Source: Treponema sp. | Lineage (GTDB): Bacteria > Spirochaetota > Spirochaetia > Treponematales > Breznakiellaceae | Direction: 5' to 3' | DNA length: 64,000 bases | NCBI GenBank assembly: GCA_009777335.1 | Contig: WRMC01000010.1 | Location: 31,890-95,889, forward strand | Shown: piece after piece, positions 7,987 through 16,967 of the stretch | Position numbering within the stretch: position 1 is the stretch's first letter | Layout: each line of letters opens with the position of its first letter | Notes under the pieces: generated by a model | Told to the model about the DNA's origin: nothing | Seen by the model: only the letters and a program-made list of their open reading frames with translations | The model's database searches: none | Made by a program: the position numbers and the translations under genes

Positions 7987-9492
7987 ATGGCTAGATTGTG
8001 CCTCTGTCTAACCGGGAAAACCCTGGATGAAGATATGGAACTCATAAATTCGTACCGCAAGTATATTGATCTGGCTGAACTGCGGGTTGATTGCCTGGAT
8101 CCCGGTGATCGCCTCCATATTAGACGCTTCCCCGAGATGGCTGGCATACCGGTGATCCTTACCATCCGGCGTTCCAGGGACGGAGGCATGTTTGTCGGGG
8201 GCGAAGGTGCCCGGATCACCCTCTTGGCCAACGGCCTGGCCCATGCGGAAGCAGACCGGCGCCGGAACTTTGCCTTTGTTGACCTGGAAGAAGATCTGGA
8301 TGTGCCCAGCCTTGAAGAAGCGGCCAGGGCTTTTGACACCAGGATCATCCGCTCCATGTATAACCTGGACGGGGTAGACGATGATCTTGTCGAAAGGCTG
8401 CGGCGCCTTCAGCGTTTTGGTGATGAGATCGTTAAGGCTTCGGTCATGGCGAGATCCCTGGACGAGGTGGTCAAGGTATATCAGGCTGCCAGGGAAACCG
8501 AAAACCTCGAGAAGATCCTTCACTGCATGGGTGAATACGGTTTTAATACTACGGTGCTGGCAGAGTTTCTGGGGTCCCGCATCAGTTATAGCTTTCCCCC
8601 CCATGGGGATGATCAAACCCTGGCCCAGACTGGAGCCATAGACCCAAAGGAGCTCTCGGAACTGTACCGGTTCCAGGAGATCACCGGAAAAACAAGGGTC
8701 TTTGCGGTGACCGGTTACCCCCTAAAGACGGCCCTAAGCCCCCGGTTTTTTAACAAGGTTTTTGAAGTCGAAAAGAACGATGCGGTTTTTATTCCCATCC
8801 CGGCGGATTCGGCGGCCTCGTTATTACGATTAGCTGAAATGATCGGCATATCGGGGATCTCCGTTACCTCCCCCTTTAAAGAAGATATAATTCCCCTCTT
8901 ATCCGAGGAATCAAAGGAGATGGCCTTAATTGGTGCCTGCAATACCATAGTGGCCGGGTCCCAGGGCTGGAAGGGTTATAACACCGACGCAGCGGGTTTT
9001 TCTGATTCCCTTTTAGCCTTCTCGGGGCGAAAGGATTTTCGGGGCCGCCGCTTTACCATCCTCGGGGCTGGGGGCTCCGCCAGAGCCGTGGCTGCCGAGG
9101 TCTTCCGCCTTAAAGGCAAGGCTCTGATCCTTAACAGGAGTCCTGCTCGGGCCCGGTCTTTGGCAGAATCTTACGGCTTTGCCTGGGCAGGCCTGGATAG
9201 TCATGGGGCCAGCTTAATGGAAAGGTACTCCGATTTTATTATCCAGGCGAGCCCTGTGGGCATGGAAGAGGGGGATCAGGACCCCATAGATTTTTACCGC
9301 TTCTCCGGCAGGGAGACCTTCATGGATTTGATTTACAGCAGGGAAAAAACCCCCTGCCTAAAACGAGCCGAAGAAGCGGGCTGCCGGATCCTCAATGGCA
9401 GTGATATGTTCCATCGCCAGGTTTCTTACCAGTATGGATATTTTATGAATAAAGAGTTCCCCCCTTCCTTAATTTCCAGGATCCGGGTATAA
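7987..9492 (+). CDS. aroDE: bifunctional 3-dehydroquinate dehydratase (type I) / shikimate 5-dehydrogenase
   Basis: The N-terminal half resembles type I DHQase (CLCLTGKTLDE...AELRVD). The C-terminal half resembles AroE (VTGYPLKTALSPRFFN, GACNTIV, GYNTDAAGF, ILGAGGSARAVA). Confidence 0.85.
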   Translation: MARLCLCLTGKTLDEDMELINSYRKYIDLAELRVDCLDPGDRLHIRRFPEMAGIPVILTIRRSRDGGMFVGGEGARITLLANGLAHAEADRRRNFAFVDLEEDLDVPSLEEAARAFDTRIIRSMYNLDGVDDDLVERLRRLQRFGDEIVKASVMARSLDEVVKVYQAARETENLEKILHCMGEYGFNTTVLAEFLGSRISYSFPPHGDDQTLAQTGAIDPKELSELYRFQEITGKTRVFAVTGYPLKTALSPRFFNKVFEVEKNDAVFIPIPADSAASLLRLAEMIGISGISVTSPFKEDIIPLLSEESKEMALIGACNTIVAGSQGWKGYNTDAAGFSDSLLAFSGRKDFRGRRFTILGAGGSARAVAAEVFRLKGKALILNRSPARARSLAESYGFAWAGLDSHGASLMERYSDFIIQASPVGMEEGDQDPIDFYRFSGRETFMDLIYSREKTPCLKRAEEAGCRILNGSDMFHRQVSYQYGYFMNKEFPPSLISRIRV

Positions 9493-9501
9493 CAGAGAAC
9501 C

Positions 9502-10158
9502 ATGGCAGTTAATAAACACATAAACTTTTTTGAGCTGCAAAAAGCTGCGGAGAAACCTGGCTGTCCCATATGCCGCATTGTCAGTGACAGAGCCGAGCAG
9601 TACATAGATAACATGCTCTTTGAGCATGTTTCTGACAGACCCTTTAGGGCCCTGCACCGGGCGGCAGGGGGCTTCTGTCCCTTCCATTCCCGGAATATGG
9701 TCTCCTTTAGGGACGGCCTGGCGGTGGCCATAATGAGCCGGGACATCCTGGAAGATCGCATAGAGGCCTTCGATAAAAATAAACCCTGGCGGCCCAAAGG
9801 CCGCTGCCCCATCTGTGAGGAGCGGGACCGGATAGAAGAAGAATACCTGGGCTTTCTGGCGGGAGCTATAGGCGACAGTGACGAAGAAGTGGAACTAAGG
9901 AGGATCTTCCGAAGCTCCGAGGGTCTTTGCGCCCCCCATTATGCGGGGCTCCTCTTTTCCCGGAAGGGCAGGGCACGAAAAGTCCCGCCTTGGCTGCGGG
10001 AGTTCCACGAAAATAAATACCGGGATCTTATGAAGCGGGTTAGCACCTTTATCGAATACTCTGCCTATGGCCGCCAAAGTGACTTTAAGTCCCTCTCGGA
10101 AAAGGATCAGCTGGTCTGGAAAGAAGTGGCCCTCGTGCTGCGGGGCACCGCCGAATGA
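9502..10158 (+). CDS. cysteine-motif protein with duplicated CPIC...C.(F/P)H module (resembles the uncharacterised DUF6062 family, from memory)
   Basis: Two copies of the motif: GCPICRIV...GGFCPFH and GRCPICEER...EGLCAPH. There is no TM segment. Its stop overlaps the ABC gene start (ATGA at 10155-10158). Confidence 0.8.
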   Translation: MAVNKHINFFELQKAAEKPGCPICRIVSDRAEQYIDNMLFEHVSDRPFRALHRAAGGFCPFHSRNMVSFRDGLAVAIMSRDILEDRIEAFDKNKPWRPKGRCPICEERDRIEEEYLGFLAGAIGDSDEEVELRRIFRSSEGLCAPHYAGLLFSRKGRARKVPPWLREFHENKYRDLMKRVSTFIEYSAYGRQSDFKSLSEKDQLVWKEVALVLRGTAE

Positions 10159-11966
10159 ATCTTCCCTGGAAAGGCAGCCGCATTGCTATGATAAGCGCCG
10201 CCGCAAGGGGGCGCCGTTTTCGCTTTATCCTCTGTCTTCTTTCAATATTGGCGTCGGTGGGGTTCTCTTTTTTAAACCCCCAGATTATCCGGCATACCAT
10301 AGACTCGGTCATAGGGAACGAAGCCCTGGCGGTTCCGGACTTTTTATTGCCCATCATTACCCGGCTTGGGGGTATAGATTTTTTCAAGATGAATATGTGG
10401 ATCTGTGCTGTTCTGGTCCTGGCTGCAGGGCTCTGTTCAGGACTCTGCAATGTGGCCCGCCGTTATATCAGCATAGAACTGGGGGAATCCATAGCCTGGA
10501 AACTGAGGAACACCCTTTATGGACATATTCAAAGGCTTCCCTATGACTGGCATGTAAGCTGTCAGACCGGAGATATAATACAACGCTGCACCACCGACGT
10601 GGATGCGATCCGCAACTTTATCCAAAATCCCTTAAACGAATTTTTCAGAACCTTCTGCGTTTTTATTATTGCCCTTTTTATGATGCTTTCCATGGATGTT
10701 TTTATGTCCCTGGTAGCTCTGGCTCTTATTCCCATCATGCTGGTATTTTCGATTATTTATTTCCGGCGGGTGAGTAAAGAATTTACCAAGGCCGATGAAG
10801 CCGAAGGGGCCATGCAGGCGGCAGCCCAGGAAAACTACACCGGGGTCCGGGTTGTCCGAGCCTTTGCCAGAGAAGCTTACGAGATGAACAAATTTTCTGA
10901 ACGGACTAAAAATTTTCAGGATATATGGATACGGATAGGTAAAATGCTGGGTATCTTCTGGGGTACCGGTGATTTTCTTGCGGGCTTTCAGCTTGCCATC
11001 ATCGTAAGCGCCGGAGTCTACCGCTGTGTACAAGGTTACCTGTCCCCGGGGACCTTCCTGGCATTTTACACCTACTGCAATTGGATGATCTGGCCCATCC
11101 GACAGCTGGGCCGTATTCTGTCGGATCTTTCCAGAACCATGGTAGCTTCCAGCCGGGTAAGAGAGATTCTGGCGGTGGAATGCGAAGAAGACCCTGTAGA
11201 TGCCCAAACTCCAGTAATCAACGGCAGAATTAAATTTCAGAATGTGTCTTTTAGCTACCGTACTAAAGAAGCCATTTTACAGAATGTTTCTTTTACTTTG
11301 GAGCCCGGCAAGAGCCTTGCCATTTTGGGGGCCACCGGTTCAGGGAAATCAACCCTGGTGCACCTATTGTCCCGCCTTTACGATCTTAAAGATGATGAGG
11401 GCCTTATTACCATAGACGGCATAGATATACGGAAGATTTCCCGTCCCCATCTTCGCCGCCATGTGGGGCTCTGTTTGCAAGAACCCTTTCTTTTTTCCAA
11501 AACCATACAGGATAATATTGCTGTCATTGATGCAGGTATGGATCTGGAAGAAGTAAGAGCCGCAGCGGCGGTGGCCATGGTGGACGAGAGCATACAGGGT
11601 TTTACCGAGGGTTACCAGACCATAGTAGGGGAGCGGGGAGTAACCCTGTCGGGGGGACAAAAACAGAGGGTATCTATCGCCCGGATGCTGGCGGGAAACC
11701 CCCGGATTATGATCTTCGATGACAGCCTCTCTGCGGTAGATACAGAGACGGATGCAAAGATCCGCTCTGCCTTGAAAGAAAGGGTAAAAGATGCGGCGGT
11801 GATTATTATCTCCCACCGTATTTCAAGTTTAATGCAGGCAGATACTATTTTAGTTTTAAAAGACGGAACCGTTGAAGCTCTTGGTTCACACCAGGAGCTT
11901 CTTAATCAGGAAGGCAGTTACCGCCGGATATTCGATCTGCAGCAGGGTCTGGCTGAGGAGATATAA
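10155..11966 (+). CDS. ABC exporter half-transporter (TMD-NBD), degenerate-site subunit
   Basis: Six predicted TM helices followed by an NBD. Walker A is GATGSGKST and the signature is LSGGQKQR. Walker B is IMIFDDSLSAVD, with Asp where the catalytic Glu normally sits. Confidence 0.9.
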   Translation: MNLPWKGSRIAMISAAARGRRFRFILCLLSILASVGFSFLNPQIIRHTIDSVIGNEALAVPDFLLPIITRLGGIDFFKMNMWICAVLVLAAGLCSGLCNVARRYISIELGESIAWKLRNTLYGHIQRLPYDWHVSCQTGDIIQRCTTDVDAIRNFIQNPLNEFFRTFCVFIIALFMMLSMDVFMSLVALALIPIMLVFSIIYFRRVSKEFTKADEAEGAMQAAAQENYTGVRVVRAFAREAYEMNKFSERTKNFQDIWIRIGKMLGIFWGTGDFLAGFQLAIIVSAGVYRCVQGYLSPGTFLAFYTYCNWMIWPIRQLGRILSDLSRTMVASSRVREILAVECEEDPVDAQTPVINGRIKFQNVSFSYRTKEAILQNVSFTLEPGKSLAILGATGSGKSTLVHLLSRLYDLKDDEGLITIDGIDIRKISRPHLRRHVGLCLQEPFLFSKTIQDNIAVIDAGMDLEEVRAAAAVAMVDESIQGFTEGYQTIVGERGVTLSGGQKQRVSIARMLAGNPRIMIFDDSLSAVDTETDAKIRSALKERVKDAAVIIISHRISSLMQADTILVLKDGTVEALGSHQELLNQEGSYRRIFDLQQGLAEEI

Positions 11967-13804
11967 TGGCTGATTTTGAAGATTTTGATTACTCCAAGCC
12001 CATGTCTCTGGAGCTCTGGAAAAAGATGCTTCCCTTTATTAGCCCCCAGAAGGCCTATTTATTCCGCTGTGCCCTCCTGATGCTCCTGGTTGCAGGGATC
12101 GATGTGGGGCTCCCCCTTCTTTTGGGCTATGCCATCAGGAACAATATAGTACCCATGACCCTGGATGGCATAGAAAGGGTAATTATCATCGCTGCGGTTT
12201 TGATGATCATTTTGGGAGTGAGCGTCAGGATTTTTGTCGCCCTGGGTATAAGGGTAGAAACCGAGATATCCAGAAGAATCAGAAACGCGGTGTTTTTTCA
12301 CCTCCAAAAGCTAAGTCTCTCTTATTATGACAAAACTCCAGTGGGTTTTATGATGGCCCGAACGAACTCCGACACCGGCCGTATTGGGGACCTGGTAGCC
12401 TGGGGGCTCATAGATTTTTCCTGGTCTGTTTTTTATTGCCTGGGTGTTATTATTTCCATGTTCATCATCCATTGGCAATTGGCGATGATCGTCTGTGCCA
12501 CCATTCCTCCCCTGGCATTGCTAACCTGGTTTTTCCAGAAGCGAATTTTAGCCACCAACCGGATTATGCGAAAGATAAATTCCCAAATGACCGGAGCCAT
12601 GAACGAGGGAATTACCGGTTCACGGACCGTGAAGGTCCTGGTGGCAGAGAAGCAAAGCCTGGCGGAGTACACGGCCATTACCGATGATCACCGCTTCCAT
12701 GCCACCCATATGGCGAGGCTTCGATCGATTTTTATCCCCACGGTGATGTTCATAGGGTCCGCTGCCACCGCCTCTGTGCTGGCCTATGGAGGCTGGGAGA
12801 TAGCTTTTAGGGGGGCCGACCTGGCTATTCTGGCCATTTTTCTTCAGTATGCCGGGGGCTTCTTTGACCCGATCCAAAATATTGCCAACATTTTAACCGA
12901 ATTTGTGTCTACCCAGGCCAATATCGAAAGGGTCAGCGGCCTTCTTGAACAGGATCCCGGTATCAATGACCGGCCCACGGTGATCGAACGCTATGGCGAT
13001 GCCTTTAATCCCCATAAAGATAACTGGGAACCCATAATTGGAGATGTGGAATTTAGGGATGTTACCTTCCGGTACTCGCCGGAGGCAGAAAATGTGCTGG
13101 AAAATTTTCACCTCCATGTTCCCGCCGGAACCTATGTAGCCATAGTAGGCGAGACGGGGGCGGGGAAATCTACCCTGGTAAATTTGGTCTGCCGTTTTTA
13201 TGAACCCGTTTCGGGAGAAATACTGATCGACCAGCGGGATTACCGGGAGCGAAGCCAGTTATGGCTCCATAGCTCCTTGGGATATGTGCTTCAGAGCCCC
13301 CATCTTTTTACCGGCACCATACGGGATAATATTCGTTATGGGAAACTCGAAGCCAGTGATGAAGAAGTAGAAGAGGCTGCAAGGATAGTCCATGCAGATT
13401 CTATTATTCTAAAGATGGAAAAGGGTTATGACACTGAAGTAGGGGAGGGGGGGGATCGTTTATCCACCGGAGAAAAACAGCTTATTTCTTTTGCCCGGGC
13501 TGTGCTGGCGGACCCTAAAATTTTCATCCTCGATGAAGCTACCAGTTCGGTGGATACCGAAATGGAAATGATGTTACAAAACGCTATCCGCACCCTTTTG
13601 GTAGGCCGGACCAGTTTTGTAATTGCCCACAGGCTTTCTACCATCAGGGGTGCAGACCTTATTTTGGTGGTCCATGAGGGTAAAATTATTGAACGGGGAA
13701 AACACGGAGATCTGATGAAGCTAAAGGGCCATTACTACGATCTGTTTACCCGTCAGTTTGAAGAAGAAGCAGAAGAAAAAATCCTGCGCTCAGGAAAACT
13801 CTGA
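11966..13804 (+). CDS. ABC exporter half-transporter (TMD-NBD), consensus-site subunit
   Basis: TAATG overlap with the upstream ABC gene. Walker A is GETGAGKST. Walker B is IFILDEATSSVD (canonical Glu). The signature is the non-canonical LSTGEKQ. Confidence 0.9.
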   Translation: MADFEDFDYSKPMSLELWKKMLPFISPQKAYLFRCALLMLLVAGIDVGLPLLLGYAIRNNIVPMTLDGIERVIIIAAVLMIILGVSVRIFVALGIRVETEISRRIRNAVFFHLQKLSLSYYDKTPVGFMMARTNSDTGRIGDLVAWGLIDFSWSVFYCLGVIISMFIIHWQLAMIVCATIPPLALLTWFFQKRILATNRIMRKINSQMTGAMNEGITGSRTVKVLVAEKQSLAEYTAITDDHRFHATHMARLRSIFIPTVMFIGSAATASVLAYGGWEIAFRGADLAILAIFLQYAGGFFDPIQNIANILTEFVSTQANIERVSGLLEQDPGINDRPTVIERYGDAFNPHKDNWEPIIGDVEFRDVTFRYSPEAENVLENFHLHVPAGTYVAIVGETGAGKSTLVNLVCRFYEPVSGEILIDQRDYRERSQLWLHSSLGYVLQSPHLFTGTIRDNIRYGKLEASDEEVEEAARIVHADSIILKMEKGYDTEVGEGGDRLSTGEKQLISFARAVLADPKIFILDEATSSVDTEMEMMLQNAIRTLLVGRTSFVIAHRLSTIRGADLILVVHEGKIIERGKHGDLMKLKGHYYDLFTRQFEEEAEEKILRSGKL

Positions 13805-16800
13805 TTTTTTTAAAAGGGTAAGAGCTTCATCGAATTCGGTCATCAGGACATGGTCAGATATACCGTCGATGATCTCAACGCTGGACCGGTTTAGGCATTT
13901 GCTTTTTAACTCATCTAAGATGCGGTCTATATTTAAAATGTCCTGGCTTAGCAGGGCTTCTTCCAAGTCCGAAACCAGGTGCTGGATGTCTTCTTCATCT
14001 CCACCGGGTTCCTCTGGTTCCAGAATTAGGGTTTTCTCCCAGGATTGTATGCTTTTGGTTAATGATAATAGGTCATCGGAGAAGGCAGGCAGGTATCTAT
14101 TGATGAGGTCTATGTCCTTGGATTTTCCGGCGGCTTCAAGTTCTGATGCCTTAAGGGCCAGGTCAGAAGCCCCAATGGAAGCGGAGGCGCTTTTTAATGC
14201 ATGAACCTGGGTAACAAAGGTACTTAAATCATCCTTCGAGGGCAGCTCGGCCAAAAGGGGGATGCGCTTTTCTGCATCCTTGCAATAGATGCTTAAGACC
14301 CGCTGGTAAAACTCGATCTTGCCGCCGGTCATGGCCAGGCCTTTGCCGGTGTCTAAACCTTGAATATGCGGCAGGGATGCTGCTGGCCCGGTTTCTTCTG
14401 TCTTTTCTTCCTTCGAAATGATCTCAACGGTATGGAAGACCATTTTTTCTTTTTGAATCCACCGGCTCAGGATTTCATCCAGCCGGGTTACATCAATGGG
14501 TTTGGCAAGGAAGTCATTAAAACCCTTCTCGATAAACATTTCCCGCATTCCCACCAGGGCATTGGCAGTTAATGCTATGATTGGTATGCTCCTGGATTCC
14601 TCATCGGAGCTGGAGCTTGCTGTTTTTTCCCGTTTAGCTTCCCAGGCCCGGATTGCTTGAGTGGTCTCTATGCCGTCCATTTCCGGCATCATGTGATCCA
14701 TGAAGATGATATCGTAGTTTTTTTCTTTGATCATGAGCAGAGCGTCCTCACCCCTAAGGCATGTGTCTACTATGGTTTTGTAGGGGGCTAAAAGGCCTTC
14801 TGCCACCTTTAGGTTAGTTGCTATGTCATCTACCACCAAGAGGCGGGCACCCTTTAGGGTAAAACGCCCTATTCCCAGGGATTTTCCCCTGTGGTCCAGG
14901 CCATTGGAATCGCCCGAGCGGCCATTAAGCACATTGGCTATGGAAAGGGATTGTACAGGCAGGGGAAGGAATTGGACATTGGGTATGTAGGCCTCGGTTC
15001 CCCAGTCCATCATGAGGGCTAAAATTATGGAAGGCCTTTTATCCAAGTTTGGATGGGTACGATCCATTACCGGCTTTATTTTATCGTACAGGCCGTATCC
15101 TGATATTACATAGGACCATTCTTCCCGGTTTAGGGCCTGGGTAAAATCTTCTATGGTACTGACCATGGTATAGGGGACCTTCATTTTTTCCAGGGACCAG
15201 CATACCGAGTTGCCGTATATTACCCGGCCCTCATAGACTAATACCTTTTTTGCCTTAGGTTCTTCTACCTCTGCATAGGGTTTATGGAACTCTATTTCCT
15301 GGGGCAAGAGCACAGAGAAGGTGCTTCCTTTTCCGTATTCACTTTCTACCCCTATGTTTCCTCCCATGGCCAGGCAGAGGCTTTTGGTAATCGATAAGCC
15401 CAGGCCCGTTCCTTCTATATGCCGGTTCTTCATCGTATCTACCTGAGAAAAATCACCGAAGAGGAAGGTCTGATCTTCCTGTTTAATCCCCCTCCCTGTG
15501 TCAGAGACGGAAATATCAAGCCATATAGTTTTATCGTTCCGCTCTTTTTCGGCGATGGTTAAATTTATATGACCCTTTTCGGTGAACTTAACGGCATTGC
15601 TCAGTAAATTGAGTAAAATTTGCCTAATCCGGACCTCGTCTCCTATAAGGCTGTTTGGAATGTTTCCGTCTATGTTGGTGATGAACCTGATTGGTTTTTC
15701 ACCTAGCCTGGTCCGGATGATATTTACCGTATCGTTAATTAAAGAAGACATATGGTATTTGGCAGAAAGGATTTCCAGTTTTCCCGCCTCTACTTTAGAA
15801 AAATCCAGGATGTCATTTATGATGGAAATAAGGTTGTTCCCCGCCTGTTTTATGTCCTGGGCATAGCCCCGGGTTTCTTCAGGAAGGTCACCCCGTAGGA
15901 TGAGCTCGGCCATGCCGGTTATGGCGTTCATGGGGGTGCGGATTTCATGGCTCATGTTGGCCAGGAATGATGATTTTGACTTGCTTTCTTCGTCGGAGCG
16001 CATTTTTTCGGCGGAGAAACGAAGCAGGATAAGGCAAAGGGCCAGGGAGAGAGCCAAACCGAGGACTATCAGTATAGCTGCCGCCACATAGAGATCCCGG
16101 TAAAATTGGTAATAGGGGATGATAAGGCCGATAAACCATCCGTTGGATATGGGGCTGAAAAAGGCAATCCCCGACCCTCCATCGGTGTCTATCATGCGGT
16201 GGGCAGAGTATGATCCGCCGCTCCTAAGGGTTCGGGCGATCTGTTCGTAGGAGGGCCCTAAATCCTGGAGCTGCAGCCCCATGAAAAAGCTGTCATGGTG
16301 GGCCATGAGTATGAGGTTTTGGCTTAAAAGCATGCCGTAGCCGTCCCTGGTAGGTGAGAGGGAGCTAATATAATCCAGGAGCCAGTTAATATTTATATCA
16401 ACAATTAGGATGCCCACCATTTCATTGCCAGAAAATACGTTTTGCACCGCCGAAACAATTATTTCCCCCGAAAACCAGTCCAGGTAGGGGGCGGTGTAGG
16501 CAACAGATCGCCCGCTTCGGATCGCGAGCTGATACCAGGGGCGTGTCTGGGGCACATAGGAATCACCGGGATTAAACCCTATGCCATCATAGAAAACCCC
16601 ATTGATAAAACCATAAATCCCATGAAAGCCCAATAGGCCCTGATCACGCTGCTGTACCCATTGGGTTGCATCTGTTAGATAGTTTAGTATTTCTTCTTCC
16701 GGGGCATCCCTGCTCAGCATCCCCTGGATAATGTTATATGAAGTAAAAAGGGTCGTTTCTGCCTCAGAGAGCCCTGCTCTTACATTGGCTTCTGCGGTAA

Positions 16801-16957
16801 AAATAATTTCTTCTGTCCTGTTTAATAGGTTAATTCGTAAGATACGGCCTATGAAAAAATTTGCTGCCACTACCATGGCTGCAAAGGCAAAAAACACAAA
16901 TATTATTTCGCGGTAGTTAAGTTTTAATGCAGATTTCGATATCCGGTTTGTTATCAT
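13790..16957 (-). CDS. hybrid sensor histidine kinase (TM - Cache-like domain - TM - HisKA - HATPase - pseudo-receiver - REC - Hpt - tail)
   Basis: The periplasmic region has a Cache-type RPWY motif. The H-box is [15 protein letters not shown] and the G2 box is GTGLGLSI. The receiver reads LLVVDDI...[11 protein letters not shown]...ALTANA...AKPI. The Hpt His lies in [10 protein letters not shown]. Confidence 0.9.
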   Translation of the reverse strand: MITNRISKSALKLNYREIIFVFFAFAAMVVAANFFIGRILRINLLNRTEEIIFTAEANVRAGLSEAETTLFTSYNIIQGMLSRDAPEEEILNYLTDATQWVQQRDQGLLGFHGIYGFINGVFYDGIGFNPGDSYVPQTRPWYQLAIRSGRSVAYTAPYLDWFSGEIIVSAVQNVFSGNEMVGILIVDININWLLDYISSLSPTRDGYGMLLSQNLILMAHHDSFFMGLQLQDLGPSYEQIARTLRSGGSYSAHRMIDTDGGSGIAFFSPISNGWFIGLIIPYYQFYRDLYVAAAILIVLGLALSLALCLILLRFSAEKMRSDEESKSKSSFLANMSHEIRTPMNAITGMAELILRGDLPEETRGYAQDIKQAGNNLISIINDILDFSKVEAGKLEILSAKYHMSSLINDTVNIIRTRLGEKPIRFITNIDGNIPNSLIGDEVRIRQILLNLLSNAVKFTEKGHINLTIAEKERNDKTIWLDISVSDTGRGIKQEDQTFLFGDFSQVDTMKNRHIEGTGLGLSITKSLCLAMGGNIGVESEYGKGSTFSVLLPQEIEFHKPYAEVEEPKAKKVLVYEGRVIYGNSVCWSLEKMKVPYTMVSTIEDFTQALNREEWSYVISGYGLYDKIKPVMDRTHPNLDKRPSIILALMMDWGTEAYIPNVQFLPLPVQSLSIANVLNGRSGDSNGLDHRGKSLGIGRFTLKGARLLVVDDIATNLKVAEGLLAPYKTIVDTCLRGEDALLMIKEKNYDIIFMDHMMPEMDGIETTQAIRAWEAKREKTASSSSDEESRSIPIIALTANALVGMREMFIEKGFNDFLAKPIDVTRLDEILSRWIQKEKMVFHTVEIISKEEKTEETGPAASLPHIQGLDTGKGLAMTGGKIEFYQRVLSIYCKDAEKRIPLLAELPSKDDLSTFVTQVHALKSASASIGASDLALKASELEAAGKSKDIDLINRYLPAFSDDLLSLTKSIQSWEKTLILEPEEPGGDEEDIQHLVSDLEEALLSQDILNIDRILDELKSKCLNRSSVEIIDGISDHVLMTEFDEALTLLKKSEFS

Positions 16958-16967
16958 CGTATGCTCA

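Noticed and set aside
7482-8357. A 291-aa minus-strand ORF spanning two plus-strand genes (7500-7967 and the start of aroDE).
   Set aside because: It crosses an intergenic gap, is R/S/P-rich low complexity, and lies opposite well-supported genes. It is a shadow ORF.
8008-8616. Other long antisense ORFs: 8008-8616, 10632-11207, 29089-29706, 39153-39719, 41531-42112, 43626-43985 and 62075-62623.
   Set aside because: Each lies opposite a gene with clear family motifs (aroDE, ABC exporter, acyl-CoA synthetase, folD/folE2, miaB, fapA, valS). None has an SD or a recognisable motif.
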